Assembly: GCA_964491375.1 (NCBI GenBank)
Contig: CAZBGL010000068.1
Location: 4,282-68,281, forward strand
Origin: an uncultured Thermodesulfobacteriota bacterium
GTDB taxonomy: Bacteria > Desulfobacterota > Deferrisomatia > Deferrisomatales > Deferrisomataceae
DNA: 64,000 nt
Direction: 5' to 3'
Shown here in pieces: positions 1-9,903 of the stretch (position 1 is its first letter; each line of letters starts with the position of its first letter). The position numbers and the translations under genes were made by a program. The notes beneath the pieces were generated by a model. That model was not told where the DNA came from, ran no database searches, and worked only from the letters and a program-made list of their open reading frames with translations.

Positions 1-327
1 ACGACAGAACACAGGGGAATGATGAGCCTGTCCTCTTCCAAGTGACTTCTCGCTCGGAAACCCCAGGGCCGCTGCGACCGTAGGAGCCGCGTCCGCGCCC
101 CGCAGTGGGTCCTTCCGGACCTGTGCGGCTCAAGCAGGCCGGCCCCAACAAGCCCGGGGCCCGGGGCGGAAACGGGCCCCGGGCGACACCCCCCGGGACC
201 ACACTCACCTCCCCCTCAGCGCCCCTTCAGCTAGAGCGAGTCCGTGCCCTGCGAACAGGCCGCCCCGCGACCCACCGGAGCCGAATTCTGGACAGGGCCG
301 CGGCCCCCGGGGCCGAGGGAGCTTCCA

Positions 328-2088
328 TCAAGTCGATCCCAGGGGGCGCATCACGTTCCCCCTCTCGTTGCCGGGCCCCGCGGGGTCTGAAGCGGCTTCC
401 AAGGGCAGGAACATGTGAAACGCACTCCCTTCGCCGGGCTGGCTCTCGGCCAGGATCACTCCCCCGTGCTGCTCCACGATCCGGTGCACGATGTAGAGCC
501 CCAGGCCGGTGCCGTCGCGCCGGGTCGTGAAGAAGGGGTGGAAGACCTGCTCCAGCACCTCCTCGGGCATGCCCTCGCCGGTGTCTCGCACCGTGAGGCA
601 CACGGTCCGCGGGGTCGCGGCCGGGGGTCGGCCGCTGCGCACCCATTCCCAGAGTTGTTCCAGGTCCCGGGCGGAGACCGCCACGGGCCGAGCCGACACC
701 TCCAGTTCGCCGCCTCCGCGCATGGCCTGGGCCGCGTTGAGCATCAGGTTGAGCAGGGCCTGCTGGAGGCTGGCCGGCTCGCCCCGGACGCGCAGCGGCC
801 GGCCCGGCAGGTCCTGGTGGACCCAGATCTTGCGGGACTCCAGGTCCTTTCGGCACAAGAACAGGACCCTCTGGACCAGCTCCTGAACCGCCACGGTCTG
901 GACGTGGCCCCGGCTCTGGCGGGAGAACTGCAACAGGTCCCGCACGATGTGATCGAGCCGGCCGATCTCCTCGATGATCTTCTCGATGAACCGGCTGCGC
1001 GGGTCGGCGTCCTCCAGCCGCCCCTGCAGGATCTGGACCAGCCCCCGGATGCCGGCGAGGGGATTCCGGATCTCGTGGGCCACCCCGGCGGCGAGCGTGC
1101 CCAGGGCCGTGAGCCGGGACATGCGCTGGAGCGTCTCCTCGATCTTGACCCGCTCGGTCACGTCCCACCCGATGGCCACGGCCCCGGCCTGTCCGCTGCC
1201 CGGGTCCTGGAGCGGAGCCGTGGACACGTGCAGGAGCCGGGGAGGCGGGCCCGGCAGGCGCAGCGTCCGGTCGCGCGCCGGCCGTCCCCGGAGGGCGTCA
1301 CCGAGGAGTCTCCGGAGGGGCCCGGCCGCGGCTTGGACGGGGGGCGGGAGGGTCTCCCAGGCTACGGGCCCCCGGACCTCGGGGAGGCCCAGCAGGGTTC
1401 GGGCGGCCGGGTTGGCGGCCGTGATCCGGTTGTGGCAGTCCACGGTCACGATGGCCGCGGGGAGGTTCCGGAACACGGTCTCCAGGAAGAGCTGTAGGCG
1501 GCGGACCTCCCGGCTCTTTTCCTCGACCAGGCGTTCCAGATCCTGGCTCCAGCGGAGCCCCTCGATGGCCACCCCGATCTGGCGTGCGAAGATCTCCAGG
1601 AAGAACGTATCCGTGTCGGTGATCGGCCGGCGCGAGTAGAACTTGTCGATGGTGAGCACCCCGATGGGCTTCTCCCGCCCGAGGATCGGCACGGCGCAGT
1701 ACTCGGGGGTGTTGCTGGTGGCATACCGGAACTTCGGGGACACCCGCGGGTCGTGGGGGGCATCGCGCACGTGGATCAGCCGGCCCGTGCGCAGCGCGTC
1801 GATCTCCACCGACCGCTCGCGGGTCAAGTCGTAGCCGATTCGGCGTCGGATGACCCCGCCGTGCTCCATCCGGATGAGATCGATGGCGGCCACCACCCGG
1901 AGGTAATCGCCCTCCACCAGGTAGATCAGCCCCCGGTCGAATCCCAGCCCCTCGAACGCCTTGACCACGAGCACGTGCAACAGTTCGTCCATGCTGCGCG
2001 CCTCGTGGAGGGCGATGTTCATGTCGTTGAGGGCGACGAGAGCCCTGCGATACAGCTCGGCGCGGGACTCCTGGTGGGCCACGTTCAC
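328..2088 (-). CDS. Sensor histidine kinase (GAF-PAS-HisKA-HATPase_c)
   Basis: 586-aa ORF. N-terminal GAF-like region and a PAS-like segment. H-box AAGVAHEIRNPLAGI. ATPase boxes LLNLMLNAAQA, DTGEGM and GTGLGLYIV. Confidence 0.9.
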   Translation of the reverse strand: MNVAHQESRAELYRRALVALNDMNIALHEARSMDELLHVLVVKAFEGLGFDRGLIYLVEGDYLRVVAAIDLIRMEHGGVIRRRIGYDLTRERSVEIDALRTGRLIHVRDAPHDPRVSPKFRYATSNTPEYCAVPILGREKPIGVLTIDKFYSRRPITDTDTFFLEIFARQIGVAIEGLRWSQDLERLVEEKSREVRRLQLFLETVFRNLPAAIVTVDCHNRITAANPAARTLLGLPEVRGPVAWETLPPPVQAAAGPLRRLLGDALRGRPARDRTLRLPGPPPRLLHVSTAPLQDPGSGQAGAVAIGWDVTERVKIEETLQRMSRLTALGTLAAGVAHEIRNPLAGIRGLVQILQGRLEDADPRSRFIEKIIEEIGRLDHIVRDLLQFSRQSRGHVQTVAVQELVQRVLFLCRKDLESRKIWVHQDLPGRPLRVRGEPASLQQALLNLMLNAAQAMRGGGELEVSARPVAVSARDLEQLWEWVRSGRPPAATPRTVCLTVRDTGEGMPEEVLEQVFHPFFTTRRDGTGLGLYIVHRIVEQHGGVILAESQPGEGSAFHMFLPLEAASDPAGPGNERGNVMRPLGST

Positions 2089-2152
2089 CCCCTGTGGCGG
2101 GCCGGCAGGGGCCCCGGGGAGGTCGGTTCTGCTCGGGGAACGAAACGGGGGC

Positions 2153-3145
2153 TCATCCTCCCACGCGGTTCATGGCCGGGCGGTCGGCCTCGCGGGCCGG
2201 AACGGAACACTCCATGCCGTGGCCGGGCGGTTTTCGGGCCACCGCGTCGCGCAGCACGGCCTCGAGCACGCCGTCGTCCACCCCCGACCGGAGCACCCGG
2301 CGCAAGTCGATCTCCCGGTTCGAGAACAGACACGTCCGCAGCCGCCCCGCGGCCGTGAGGCGCAGCCGGTTGCAGGTGCCGCAGAAGTGGTCGCTCAGGG
2401 GACTGATCACGCCGATCCGGGTACCGTCGGGCAGCCGGTAGGTGCGGCTGGGGCCAGTGGAACCGGGCTCGCGGAGCGGTTCCAGGCGGAAGCGGGCGGA
2501 CAGCCGCTCCAACACCTCGGCCGCCGGGATCACCCGCGACTCGTCCCACGCCCCCCCTCCGGGCATGAACTCGATGAACCGGACCTCCACGCCTTCCACA
2601 CGGGCGAACTCCACGAAATCGGGCAGTTCGTCGTCGTTCACCCCCCGCATCGCCACCACGTTCACCTTGACCGGTTGGAGACCGTGTTGCCGGGCGGCCC
2701 GGATCCCGGCCAGCACCCGATCGAGGCCGTTCCGCCGGGCGATCCGCTCGAACCGTTCGGGCCGCAGGGTGTCCAGGCTCACGTTCACACGCCGCAGCCC
2801 CGCACGCCGGAGCTGTGCCGCGGCCTCGGCCAGAAGGATCCCGTTGGTGGTCAGGCACAGGTCCCGCACGCCCGACAGCCGGGCCAGTTCCCACAGGAAC
2901 CCCAGGATCCCCTTCCGGACGAGGGGCTCGCCCCCGGTCACGCGGATCTTCCAGATGCCGAGCCGCACGGCCACCCGGGCGACCCGGAGGAGCTCTTCGT
3001 ACGAAAGGATCTCGGTGGGGTCCAGGGATGGCACGCCCTCCTCGGGCATGCAGTAGGCGCACCGCAGGTTGCACCGATCCGTGACCGATATCCTCAGGTA
3101 GTTGATGATCCGGTGGTACCGGTCTCGCAGGGCCGGTTGCGTCAT
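2153..3145 (-). CDS. moaA: GTP 3',8-cyclase MoaA (radical SAM)
   Basis: 330-aa ORF. CNLRCAYC (CxxxCxxC) radical SAM motif and GGEPL. C-terminal CGTCNRLRLTAAGRLRTCLF provides the second cluster. The start overlaps the PBP stop by 4 nt. Confidence 0.93.
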   Translation of the reverse strand: MTQPALRDRYHRIINYLRISVTDRCNLRCAYCMPEEGVPSLDPTEILSYEELLRVARVAVRLGIWKIRVTGGEPLVRKGILGFLWELARLSGVRDLCLTTNGILLAEAAAQLRRAGLRRVNVSLDTLRPERFERIARRNGLDRVLAGIRAARQHGLQPVKVNVVAMRGVNDDELPDFVEFARVEGVEVRFIEFMPGGGAWDESRVIPAAEVLERLSARFRLEPLREPGSTGPSRTYRLPDGTRIGVISPLSDHFCGTCNRLRLTAAGRLRTCLFSNREIDLRRVLRSGVDDGVLEAVLRDAVARKPPGHGMECSVPAREADRPAMNRVGG

Positions 3146-5448
3146 TGGAGCATCTCCAGGGCACCCGGGTCCCGGGGATCCAGTGCGGGTCCGGCCGGGG
3201 CGGTCTCCGCCGAACCGTCCCCCAGGGGGGCCGGACCCGGAACGGTGCCCCGGACGAACGCGGCTGTGAACGTCCGACGGCTCTCCGGGCCGGCCAGGAA
3301 GCCGGTGTCCGCGTCGATCCGCGCGAACTCAACCCCTTCGGGCACGGCGAACTCCTCGGCGGGCCGGTCCTCCACGGCCTGCCTCATGAAGTCGAGCCAG
3401 ATGGGGGCCGCGGCACGCCCCCCGGTCTCCCTCCGGCCCAGGCTGCGGCCGTCGTCGTACCCCACCCAGACCACGGTCACGAGGTCCGGGGTGAACCCCG
3501 CGAACCAGGCGTCGCGGTACTCGTTCGTGGTGCCCGTCTTGCCGGCGCACGGGCGGCCGAGCGCCCGCACCCTCCGGCCCGTTCCCTCTCGCACCACGCC
3601 GCGCATCATGTCCGTGACCACGTAGGCGATTTCCGGGGAGAGGACCCGCTCCCCCGGACCCGGATCGAACCGGAACAGCTCGTGGCCCTCCCGGTCCTCC
3701 ACCCGGAGCAGGAACACGGGATCGTGCCGCTCTCCGCCCCCCGGGAACGCCGTGTACACGGCCGCCAGATCCAGGGGGCTCAGGGTGGGAGACCCCAGGG
3801 CCAGGGACAGGTCCGGGCTGATCTGCGCCCGGAGCCCTAGGCGTTTCAGGAAGTCCACGGCATACGGCACGCCGATCTCCCGGAGCACCTTGACCGTGAC
3901 CACGTTCCGGGAACGCACCAGCGCCTCCCGAAGCGTGGTGGCCCCGTGGAACCGCTGGGAGTAGTTCCGGGGCTTCCAGTCGCCCCGGAGGTCGGCAGAC
4001 CGGTACACCACCGGCGCATCGTAGACCAGGGTGGCCGGGGTGTACCCCTTGGCCAGGGCCGCGGCGTACAGCAGGGGCTTGATGGCCGAGCCCGGCTGGC
4101 GGCGGGCCTGAACGGCCCGGTTGAACTGGCTCCGGCCGAAGTCGTACCCGCCCACGAGGGCGAGCACCTCGCCCGTGCGAGCGTCCAGGCATACCAGGGC
4201 TCCCTCCACCTCGGGCTCCTGGGCCAGTTCCGCCGTGAGACGGCCGTGTTCGTCGGCACGCACGTCGCACCAGATCACGTCCCCGGGGGAGAGAACCCCG
4301 GGAGGCGACCCGTTCCGCCCCAGGGCCCACTCCATGGCCTCCGCGGGAAGCGGCAGCTCGGTTCCGCCGGCGAGCACCGTGGCCCCGAGGGAGTCCACTC
4401 GCAGGACCAGCGCCTTGACCCGCTGGCCGGGTTCGGGGGGAGGGCCCTCGGCGAACGGCCCGGGGGCGTCCGGGCTGCGGTGCTCCACCGGTCCCCGGTA
4501 GCCGGCCCGGCGGTCCAGGGCCTCGAGCCCTCGGCGCAGGGCCCGGCGGGCCGCTTCCTGGAGTCGGCTGTCCATGGTGGTGACCACCCGCAGGCCCCCC
4601 TCGAGCAGGGCGTCCCGTCCGTACCGCGCAACGACCACGCGGCGCACCTGGTCGGTGAAATAGGGACTCACCCGGCCCAGGGGATTGCGGTACCCGGCCA
4701 ACTCGAGCGGTCCGGAGGCCGCCCGTTCCATCTCGCGTTGGGTGATCCAGCCCTCCTCCACCATGCGCTCCAGCACGTACCGCCGGCGCTCCAACGCGCG
4801 CTCGGGATGTCGGTAGGGATCGTACCGGCTGGGTGCGCGCGGCAATCCCGCCAGCAGGGCCGCCTGGGCCAGGCTCAACTCCTGGCTGGAGATGCCGAAA
4901 TAGACCTCAGAGGCGGACTCGATCCCGTACGCGCCGTGGCCGAGGTAGATCTGGTTCAGATACAGGAACAGGATCTGCTGCTTGGTGAGGTGGCGCTCCA
5001 TGCGGACCGCCAATACCGCCTCCCGGATCTTGCGCCGTAGGCTCCGCTCCGGGGACAGGAGCAGGGACTTGGCCACCTGCTGGGTGATGGTGCTCCCCCC
5101 TTGGACGACGCGGCCCTCCCGGAGGTTGGTCCAGGCGGCGCGCACGATACCCGCCAGGTCCAGCCCCTCGTGGGAGAAGAAGCCGCTGTCCTCGGCCGCG
5201 AGGAACGCGCGTACCACGTGCTCCGGTAGGATGGAAGGGTCCACGAGCTTGCGCCGTTCCCGGTAGAACTCGGCCATGAGCACACCGTCCCGGCTCCACA
5301 CCGTGGTGGTGAGAGGCGGGCGGTACCGGCGCAGGCTGTCGAGGTTCGGGAGCCCCGACAGAAGGATCCAAAACCATATGCCCACCGCGGCGGCGGACGC
5401 GGCGGTGGCGAGGAGGAACACGAGGCCCCAGCGGGCCGCTCGGCGCAT
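3142..5448 (-). CDS. mrcA: Penicillin-binding protein 1A (bifunctional glycosyltransferase/transpeptidase)
   Basis: 768-aa ORF with an N-terminal TM anchor. GT51 motifs EDSGFFSHEG, GGSTITQQ and RKIRE. Transpeptidase motifs SAIK (SxxK), SRN and KTGTT. Confidence 0.93.
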   Translation of the reverse strand: MRRAARWGLVFLLATAASAAAVGIWFWILLSGLPNLDSLRRYRPPLTTTVWSRDGVLMAEFYRERRKLVDPSILPEHVVRAFLAAEDSGFFSHEGLDLAGIVRAAWTNLREGRVVQGGSTITQQVAKSLLLSPERSLRRKIREAVLAVRMERHLTKQQILFLYLNQIYLGHGAYGIESASEVYFGISSQELSLAQAALLAGLPRAPSRYDPYRHPERALERRRYVLERMVEEGWITQREMERAASGPLELAGYRNPLGRVSPYFTDQVRRVVVARYGRDALLEGGLRVVTTMDSRLQEAARRALRRGLEALDRRAGYRGPVEHRSPDAPGPFAEGPPPEPGQRVKALVLRVDSLGATVLAGGTELPLPAEAMEWALGRNGSPPGVLSPGDVIWCDVRADEHGRLTAELAQEPEVEGALVCLDARTGEVLALVGGYDFGRSQFNRAVQARRQPGSAIKPLLYAAALAKGYTPATLVYDAPVVYRSADLRGDWKPRNYSQRFHGATTLREALVRSRNVVTVKVLREIGVPYAVDFLKRLGLRAQISPDLSLALGSPTLSPLDLAAVYTAFPGGGERHDPVFLLRVEDREGHELFRFDPGPGERVLSPEIAYVVTDMMRGVVREGTGRRVRALGRPCAGKTGTTNEYRDAWFAGFTPDLVTVVWVGYDDGRSLGRRETGGRAAAPIWLDFMRQAVEDRPAEEFAVPEGVEFARIDADTGFLAGPESRRTFTAAFVRGTVPGPAPLGDGSAETAPAGPALDPRDPGALEMLQ

Positions 5449-5537
5449 GAGCGTCTTTCCCGGTTCGGTTGGCCGACTGAGAATTTTCTAACTTAACACA
5501 CGCGGAAAAACAGCGACAAGGAACCCCTCGGGCCGCG

Positions 5538-7175
5538 ATGATGCCGACCCCTGCCCCCGACGCCCACGTACTGCTGCCCGACCGCCAGATCGAGGGGGCC
5601 CTCACGGGCCTGTACCGCAGCGTGAGCGCGGCCCAGTTCTATCCTCCGTACCATCCCCAGTTGCGCGAGGCGGTGAGCCAGGGATACCGCGCGTGGCGGT
5701 CGGCCGAGGCGGATTGCCGGTGGACGGAGCCGGGGCTTGAGTACCGCGCCGGCGGGCTTTGGCTCGGCGAGCTCCGCGTGGGCGAACGCAATCCCGCCAT
5801 CGCCAGCTTGGCGCGAACGTTTGCCTCGCATGGCATCCACCGGGTCCGGGTGCGGCGCCCCCTTTCCCGGGATGCGTTCGCCTATTGGGCGGGGCTGCTG
5901 GCCTCGAACCCCGATGCTCTCACCGACCGGGGCGGCATCGCAGGGGCATGGGAGCAGGGGGTCTACAGTCCGTTTCTCGAGATCCGGGCGGCCCGGGCCG
6001 TGGCCGGCCGGGAATCGTTGCGGGCCGGCCGGCCGAGGGATCGGGGCTGGGGCGAGGGCCTCCCGTCCGGCATTGAGGCCCGCGTGCTCTCCGACCCCAT
6101 GGTCCAGGCCCGCATCGCTATGCTCCAGTCCCGAAGCCCCCGGGAACGGCGCGTGCTGGACCTGCTGCTTCGGCTTTCGCGCGAGCCGGACATGGCGCGG
6201 TTCCTGGACATCCTCCGCCGGATTGCCCGACACGCCGGCGAGTACCTGGAGGAGGACCGGTTCCGGGAGGCCTACGCGGTGGTGCTCTACCTGTTCCGCG
6301 AGGCCCAGAACATGGACGCCCTGGGCGACGCGGATCGGAGGGACTATCTCCTGGACACGGTGCGGCTCCTGGTGCGGGGCGAGTTCCTCTCGTGGTTGAT
6401 CGAACGGGTGGCGTCGGATGCGGAGTCGCAGGACGCGGAAGCCGGCGCCTACGTGCTGAGGGTAGTGGGGGAGCGGGCCGTGGTTCCCCTGATCAACGCC
6501 CTCGTGGCGGAAAAGCGGCGCCTGGGCCGGCGTCGCCTGGTGGACGTACTGGTGAGCATCGGCCCGCCCGTGGTTCCCTACGCGGTGCGAATGCTGGAAG
6601 ACCAGCGCTGGTTCGTGGTGCGCAACATGGTCACCGTCCTCGGGGGAATCGGGACCCAGGAGGCCATCCGCGCGGTGCTCCGGATCAGCCGGGACCCGGA
6701 TCCCCGGATCCGGAAAGAGGCGGCGCGGGTGCTCGGCCGAGCAGCCGGCCCCGAGGTGGAGGACCGGATCGTGGAGCTCATGGAGGATCCGGATCCGTCG
6801 GTGCGGCTGATGGCGATATCCGCGGCCGGGAGCCTGCGTACCCCCGTCATGATGGAGGCCCTGTGGGACCTCTACCGCGCCATCCCGATCCGCTCTTCGG
6901 AGTGGGCCTTGAAGCCGGCCGTGCTCCAGGCCGTGGGCCGGAGCGGCCTTCGGGAAGCCGTGCCGCGGGTCGTGGAGGAGTTGCGTCGGAAACACTGGTT
7001 TCACCGCCGTCGGTGGACCGAGGTGAGACGTGCGGCCATCCAGGCCCTGGGAGACCTGGGAGGCCCCGAGGCGGTGGCCGCGCTGGAAGCGGTGGTGGAG
7101 GACGATCCTTCGGCCGAACTGCGGGCGGCGGCCCGGCGGGCCCTGGCGGCCGCCCGGGGAACGATGGACCGATGA
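5538..7175 (+). CDS. HEAT-repeat protein with an N-terminal domain paralogous to that of the downstream HD-GYP protein
   Basis: 545-aa ORF. The C-terminal half has repeated HEAT/PBS-lyase-like units (DPDPRIRKEAARVLG, DPDPSVRLMAISAAG, RRAAIQALGDLGGPEAVAALE). The stop overlaps the next gene's start (ATGA). Confidence 0.75.
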   Translation: MMPTPAPDAHVLLPDRQIEGALTGLYRSVSAAQFYPPYHPQLREAVSQGYRAWRSAEADCRWTEPGLEYRAGGLWLGELRVGERNPAIASLARTFASHGIHRVRVRRPLSRDAFAYWAGLLASNPDALTDRGGIAGAWEQGVYSPFLEIRAARAVAGRESLRAGRPRDRGWGEGLPSGIEARVLSDPMVQARIAMLQSRSPRERRVLDLLLRLSREPDMARFLDILRRIARHAGEYLEEDRFREAYAVVLYLFREAQNMDALGDADRRDYLLDTVRLLVRGEFLSWLIERVASDAESQDAEAGAYVLRVVGERAVVPLINALVAEKRRLGRRRLVDVLVSIGPPVVPYAVRMLEDQRWFVVRNMVTVLGGIGTQEAIRAVLRISRDPDPRIRKEAARVLGRAAGPEVEDRIVELMEDPDPSVRLMAISAAGSLRTPVMMEALWDLYRAIPIRSSEWALKPAVLQAVGRSGLREAVPRVVEELRRKHWFHRRRWTEVRRAAIQALGDLGGPEAVAALEAVVEDDPSAELRAAARRALAAARGTMDR

Positions 7176-8560
7176 GCGGGCGCCTGGGCCGGGATCTTGC
7201 CGAGCGATTCCTGCGGGGCTTGGTGGGGCTGGGCAAGGCCCAGGCGTTGTATCCCGAGGGCCACGGTGCCATTCGGCGGGCTTTGGACGCGCTGGGGCCG
7301 GTGCTCGAACAGGTCATGGGAGCGCCCGAGCCCCTGCTGGTGGCCCGGACCGACGCCTACCTCATGGTGGGGGACGTGCCGTTCGTGCCCGAGGGGCCGC
7401 CGGCCGCGGACTTGGGCCGCTGGCTCCAGAACGCATCCGTGGAGGCCGTGGAGTTCGGACCCGGGGTCCGGCCCCGCGAGATCCTGCGGTTTCTGGGGTG
7501 GCTGCTGGAGCCAGGATCTGGCCCCTGGGGGGGCACCCACATCCGGATCACCCGGCTAGCTGACGAGGGGGGAGCGTGGGGCCGGGGGATCCGGACCTAC
7601 CGGGAGGCGGTCGAGGCCCTGGAACAGGCCTACCGCGAGGTCCAGGAGGGCCGGATCCCGGACCCGAACCGTGCGCTCGTGTCCGTGCGCTCGTTCATGG
7701 GGCTCCTGGACGAGAACCCGGACGTGGTCCGGGGACTGGCGCTCATCAAGGACTACGATCGCTACACCTTCCACCACAGCGTGAACGTGTGCCTGCTGTC
7801 CCTGGCCGTGGGCCAGTTCGTGGGGGCAGAGCCCTCCCTGCTCGAGGTGCTGGGCGTGGGCGGTCTGTTCCACGACATCGGCAAGATCCGGACCCCCCCC
7901 GAGATCATCCGGAAACCCGCCCGGCTTACCCCTGCGGAATGGGACCAGATCCGCCTTCATCCGGAACACGGCCGGCGCATCGTGGAGGAAATGGGCACCG
8001 CCCCGCCGGGAGCCGCGCTGTTGGCGTATGAACACCACATGTACCGGGACGGCACGGGATACCCCTCGCAGCCGCCCGGTTACCGCCTGTTCGACTTGAG
8101 CCCGCTCGTTGCCGTGGTGGACGTGTTCGACGCCATGACCACCCATCGGCCCTACTCCCGCCCCATGCCCCTGCCCGAGGCGGTGGAGAACGTCCGGGCT
8201 GCAGCGGGAAGCCGGTTCGACCCGGAAGCCGTGCGGGCGTTCGTGGGGGTGATGGGACGCATCCCGGTGGGATCCGCCGTGCGGCTAGGGAGCGGCGAGG
8301 TGGCCGTGGTGACCCGGCTCGACGACGAAGGGCTGCCTGTGCGGGCCACGGTGGTGGCCGACGCAGCCGGCAGGCGGCTCCCCCGGGGCCAATGGCTGTC
8401 AAAGGAGATCTCACCCCGCCAGGTGCTGCGGTGGGTGGATCCCCTCGTGCACGGGATCAACCCTCACGAGGTTCTGGCGGAGGAGGGAAACCCAGGCGCC
8501 CCAACGCTTCGACGGCCGCCGCCCGGATCCGCGGGTCGTCGTGGCGGGCCAACTCCATGA
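7172..8560 (+). CDS. HD-GYP domain protein (putative c-di-GMP phosphodiesterase)
   Basis: In-frame ATG at 7172 within track ORF 6392..8560; the earlier part overlaps the HEAT gene. Motifs HHSVNV, LFHDIGK and HHMYRDGTGYP. The C-terminal tail overlaps the convergent gene by about 100 nt, so the true stop or tail is uncertain. Confidence 0.85.
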   Translation: MSGRLGRDLAERFLRGLVGLGKAQALYPEGHGAIRRALDALGPVLEQVMGAPEPLLVARTDAYLMVGDVPFVPEGPPAADLGRWLQNASVEAVEFGPGVRPREILRFLGWLLEPGSGPWGGTHIRITRLADEGGAWGRGIRTYREAVEALEQAYREVQEGRIPDPNRALVSVRSFMGLLDENPDVVRGLALIKDYDRYTFHHSVNVCLLSLAVGQFVGAEPSLLEVLGVGGLFHDIGKIRTPPEIIRKPARLTPAEWDQIRLHPEHGRRIVEEMGTAPPGAALLAYEHHMYRDGTGYPSQPPGYRLFDLSPLVAVVDVFDAMTTHRPYSRPMPLPEAVENVRAAAGSRFDPEAVRAFVGVMGRIPVGSAVRLGSGEVAVVTRLDDEGLPVRATVVADAAGRRLPRGQWLSKEISPRQVLRWVDPLVHGINPHEVLAEEGNPGAPTLRRPPPGSAGRRGGPTP

Positions 8561-9047
8561 GGGTGGTCTCGGAGGGGACGTGCCCCAGGAACCCCAACGC
8601 CCGAGCCGCCGCGACCACCACCTCGGGCGAGGGGTCCCCGAGCCGGGTACGGAGGGAGGCGGCCGCTCGGCGATCTCCCAGGGCGCCCAGCACCTGTGCC
8701 GCCTTGGCTCGCACCACTGGGGCGGGGTCTCCCAGGCGCTCCACCACCCGGGAGGTGGCTCTCCAGTCCCGGTACGCCTCCACCACCTCCAATGCGGCCA
8801 CGCGCACCTCCTCGTCGGGGTGGGAGAGGCCGGCTACGGCTATCCTGAGACCGGTCTCGTCCCTCACGTCCAAGAGGGCCCGAAGCAGGCGCATCCACTC
8901 CTGCCGCTTCAGCCCCCTTAGACGCTTGGCGGCTTCCGGCAGGGCCTCCAGGAGATCCAGGCGGTCCAGCGCCTCCGAGGCGGCCACGCGAACGTCGGAG
9001 TTCTCGTCCCGCAGGCGTTCCAGGAGCAGCCGGCGGCGAGGATGCAC
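8457..9047 (-). CDS. HEAT-repeat protein
   Basis: 196-aa ORF built from DxxxxVRxAAxxALG-type repeats (DENSDVRVAASEALD, HPDEEVRVAALEVVE, DPAPVVRAKAAQVLG, DPSPEVVVAAARALG, DDPRIRAAAVEALG). Confidence 0.75.
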   Translation of the reverse strand: MHPRRRLLLERLRDENSDVRVAASEALDRLDLLEALPEAAKRLRGLKRQEWMRLLRALLDVRDETGLRIAVAGLSHPDEEVRVAALEVVEAYRDWRATSRVVERLGDPAPVVRAKAAQVLGALGDRRAAASLRTRLGDPSPEVVVAAARALGFLGHVPSETTLMELARHDDPRIRAAAVEALGRLGFPPPPEPREG

Positions 9048-9048
9048 T

Positions 9049-9903
9049 TCACTCCCCCAGCATCCTCAGTTTCTTCCGAGCGATTTCGGCCTGTTCCGAG
9101 GAAGGGTGTTCACGAAGGAGCTTTTTTAGCAGGATGCGGGCGTCCACCGGGTCGCCGATGGCGTCGAACGCAAACGCCTGCTTGAGCAGGGCGCTCGGAA
9201 CCTTGTCGCTCCGGGGAAACTCCTGGACCACCTTGTCGTAGGCCAGGATCGCCTTCTCGTACTGTTCCTGCGCGTAATAGCTCTCGCCGATCCAGAAGTA
9301 GGCGTTGTCGGCGAGGTCGCTCTTGGGGTAGAGCTCCAAGAACTTCCGAAACGCTCGACGGGCGTCCTCGTACCGCTTCTTCTGGTACAGGCCATAGGCC
9401 CTGTCGTACAGTTCGCGGCCTGTGGGAGCCCGGGGGGTCGGGAGCTCGGGGCGCTCCGGCGTCGGGGAAGGAGGCCGGACTTCGGGCTTCGGACCGGGCC
9501 GAGGGCCCTCCTCCAGGGCTTTCACGCGGCGGGACAGTTCCGCCAGTTGCTCCTCCAGCCGGGCGAGTCGGGGGCCTTCGGACGGCCCGGCAGGCCGCGG
9601 CCGGCGTTCCAAGGCGTCCACGCGGCCGAGCAGTTCCCGAACCCGTGCATCCAGAGCCTCCACCCGTTGGCCCAGATCCGCCAAGCGCTCGTTCCACTCG
9701 GCCGGGGCGCTGGGCCTTGCGGGCTCGGGGCGGGCCTTGCGCAACTCGTCCACGGCCCGCTCCAGCCGAAGCACCTGCTCCCTCAGGGCGTCGATCTGCT
9801 GTCCCTGACGGACCTGCCGTTCGGTGATCTCGCAGGAACACAAGAGGAGGAGGGCGGAGAGGGCTGCGCCCATTCCGCCCCCCCAGCCCAGGATCCTCCG
9901 CAT
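9049..9903 (-). CDS. ybgF: Tol-Pal system protein YbgF/CpoB
   Basis: 284-aa ORF with a signal/lipobox-like N-terminus (LLLLCSC) and a coiled-coil region. C-terminal TPR block YDRAYGLYQKKRYEDARRAFRKFLELYPKSDLADNAYFWIGESYY. Lies directly downstream of pal. Confidence 0.85.
   Translation of the reverse strand: MRRILGWGGGMGAALSALLLLCSCEITERQVRQGQQIDALREQVLRLERAVDELRKARPEPARPSAPAEWNERLADLGQRVEALDARVRELLGRVDALERRPRPAGPSEGPRLARLEEQLAELSRRVKALEEGPRPGPKPEVRPPSPTPERPELPTPRAPTGRELYDRAYGLYQKKRYEDARRAFRKFLELYPKSDLADNAYFWIGESYYAQEQYEKAILAYDKVVQEFPRSDKVPSALLKQAFAFDAIGDPVDARILLKKLLREHPSSEQAEIARKKLRMLGE

Noticed and set aside
1-327. Possible structured RNA (tmRNA, RNase P RNA, SRP RNA) or gene at the left window edge. 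An ACAGAAC-like string lies near position 4, and a perfect 11-bp hairpin CCCGGGGCCCG/CGGGCCCCGGG lies at 153-183.
   Set aside because: No tmRNA tag/T-arm, no RNase P GAGGAAAGUCCGG/ACAGAACCCGGCUUA signatures and no SRP motif could be matched on either strand. The hairpin has no T-tract. The region is left unannotated.
6392-7171. N-terminal 260 codons of track ORF 6392..8560 as part of the HD-GYP protein.
   Set aside because: This stretch overlaps the well-supported HEAT-repeat gene in another frame and is G/R/P-rich. An in-frame ATG at 7172 forms an ATGA overlap with the HEAT gene stop and begins a sensible N-terminal domain.
8457-8560. The 104-nt convergent overlap of the HD-GYP and HEAT genes, and the 74-nt overlap at 55582-55655, as evidence of frameshifts or pseudogenes.
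   Set aside because: Both partners keep intact domains up to the overlap. Long stop-free tails are common at this GC content. More likely one C-terminal tail is simply non-conserved extension.
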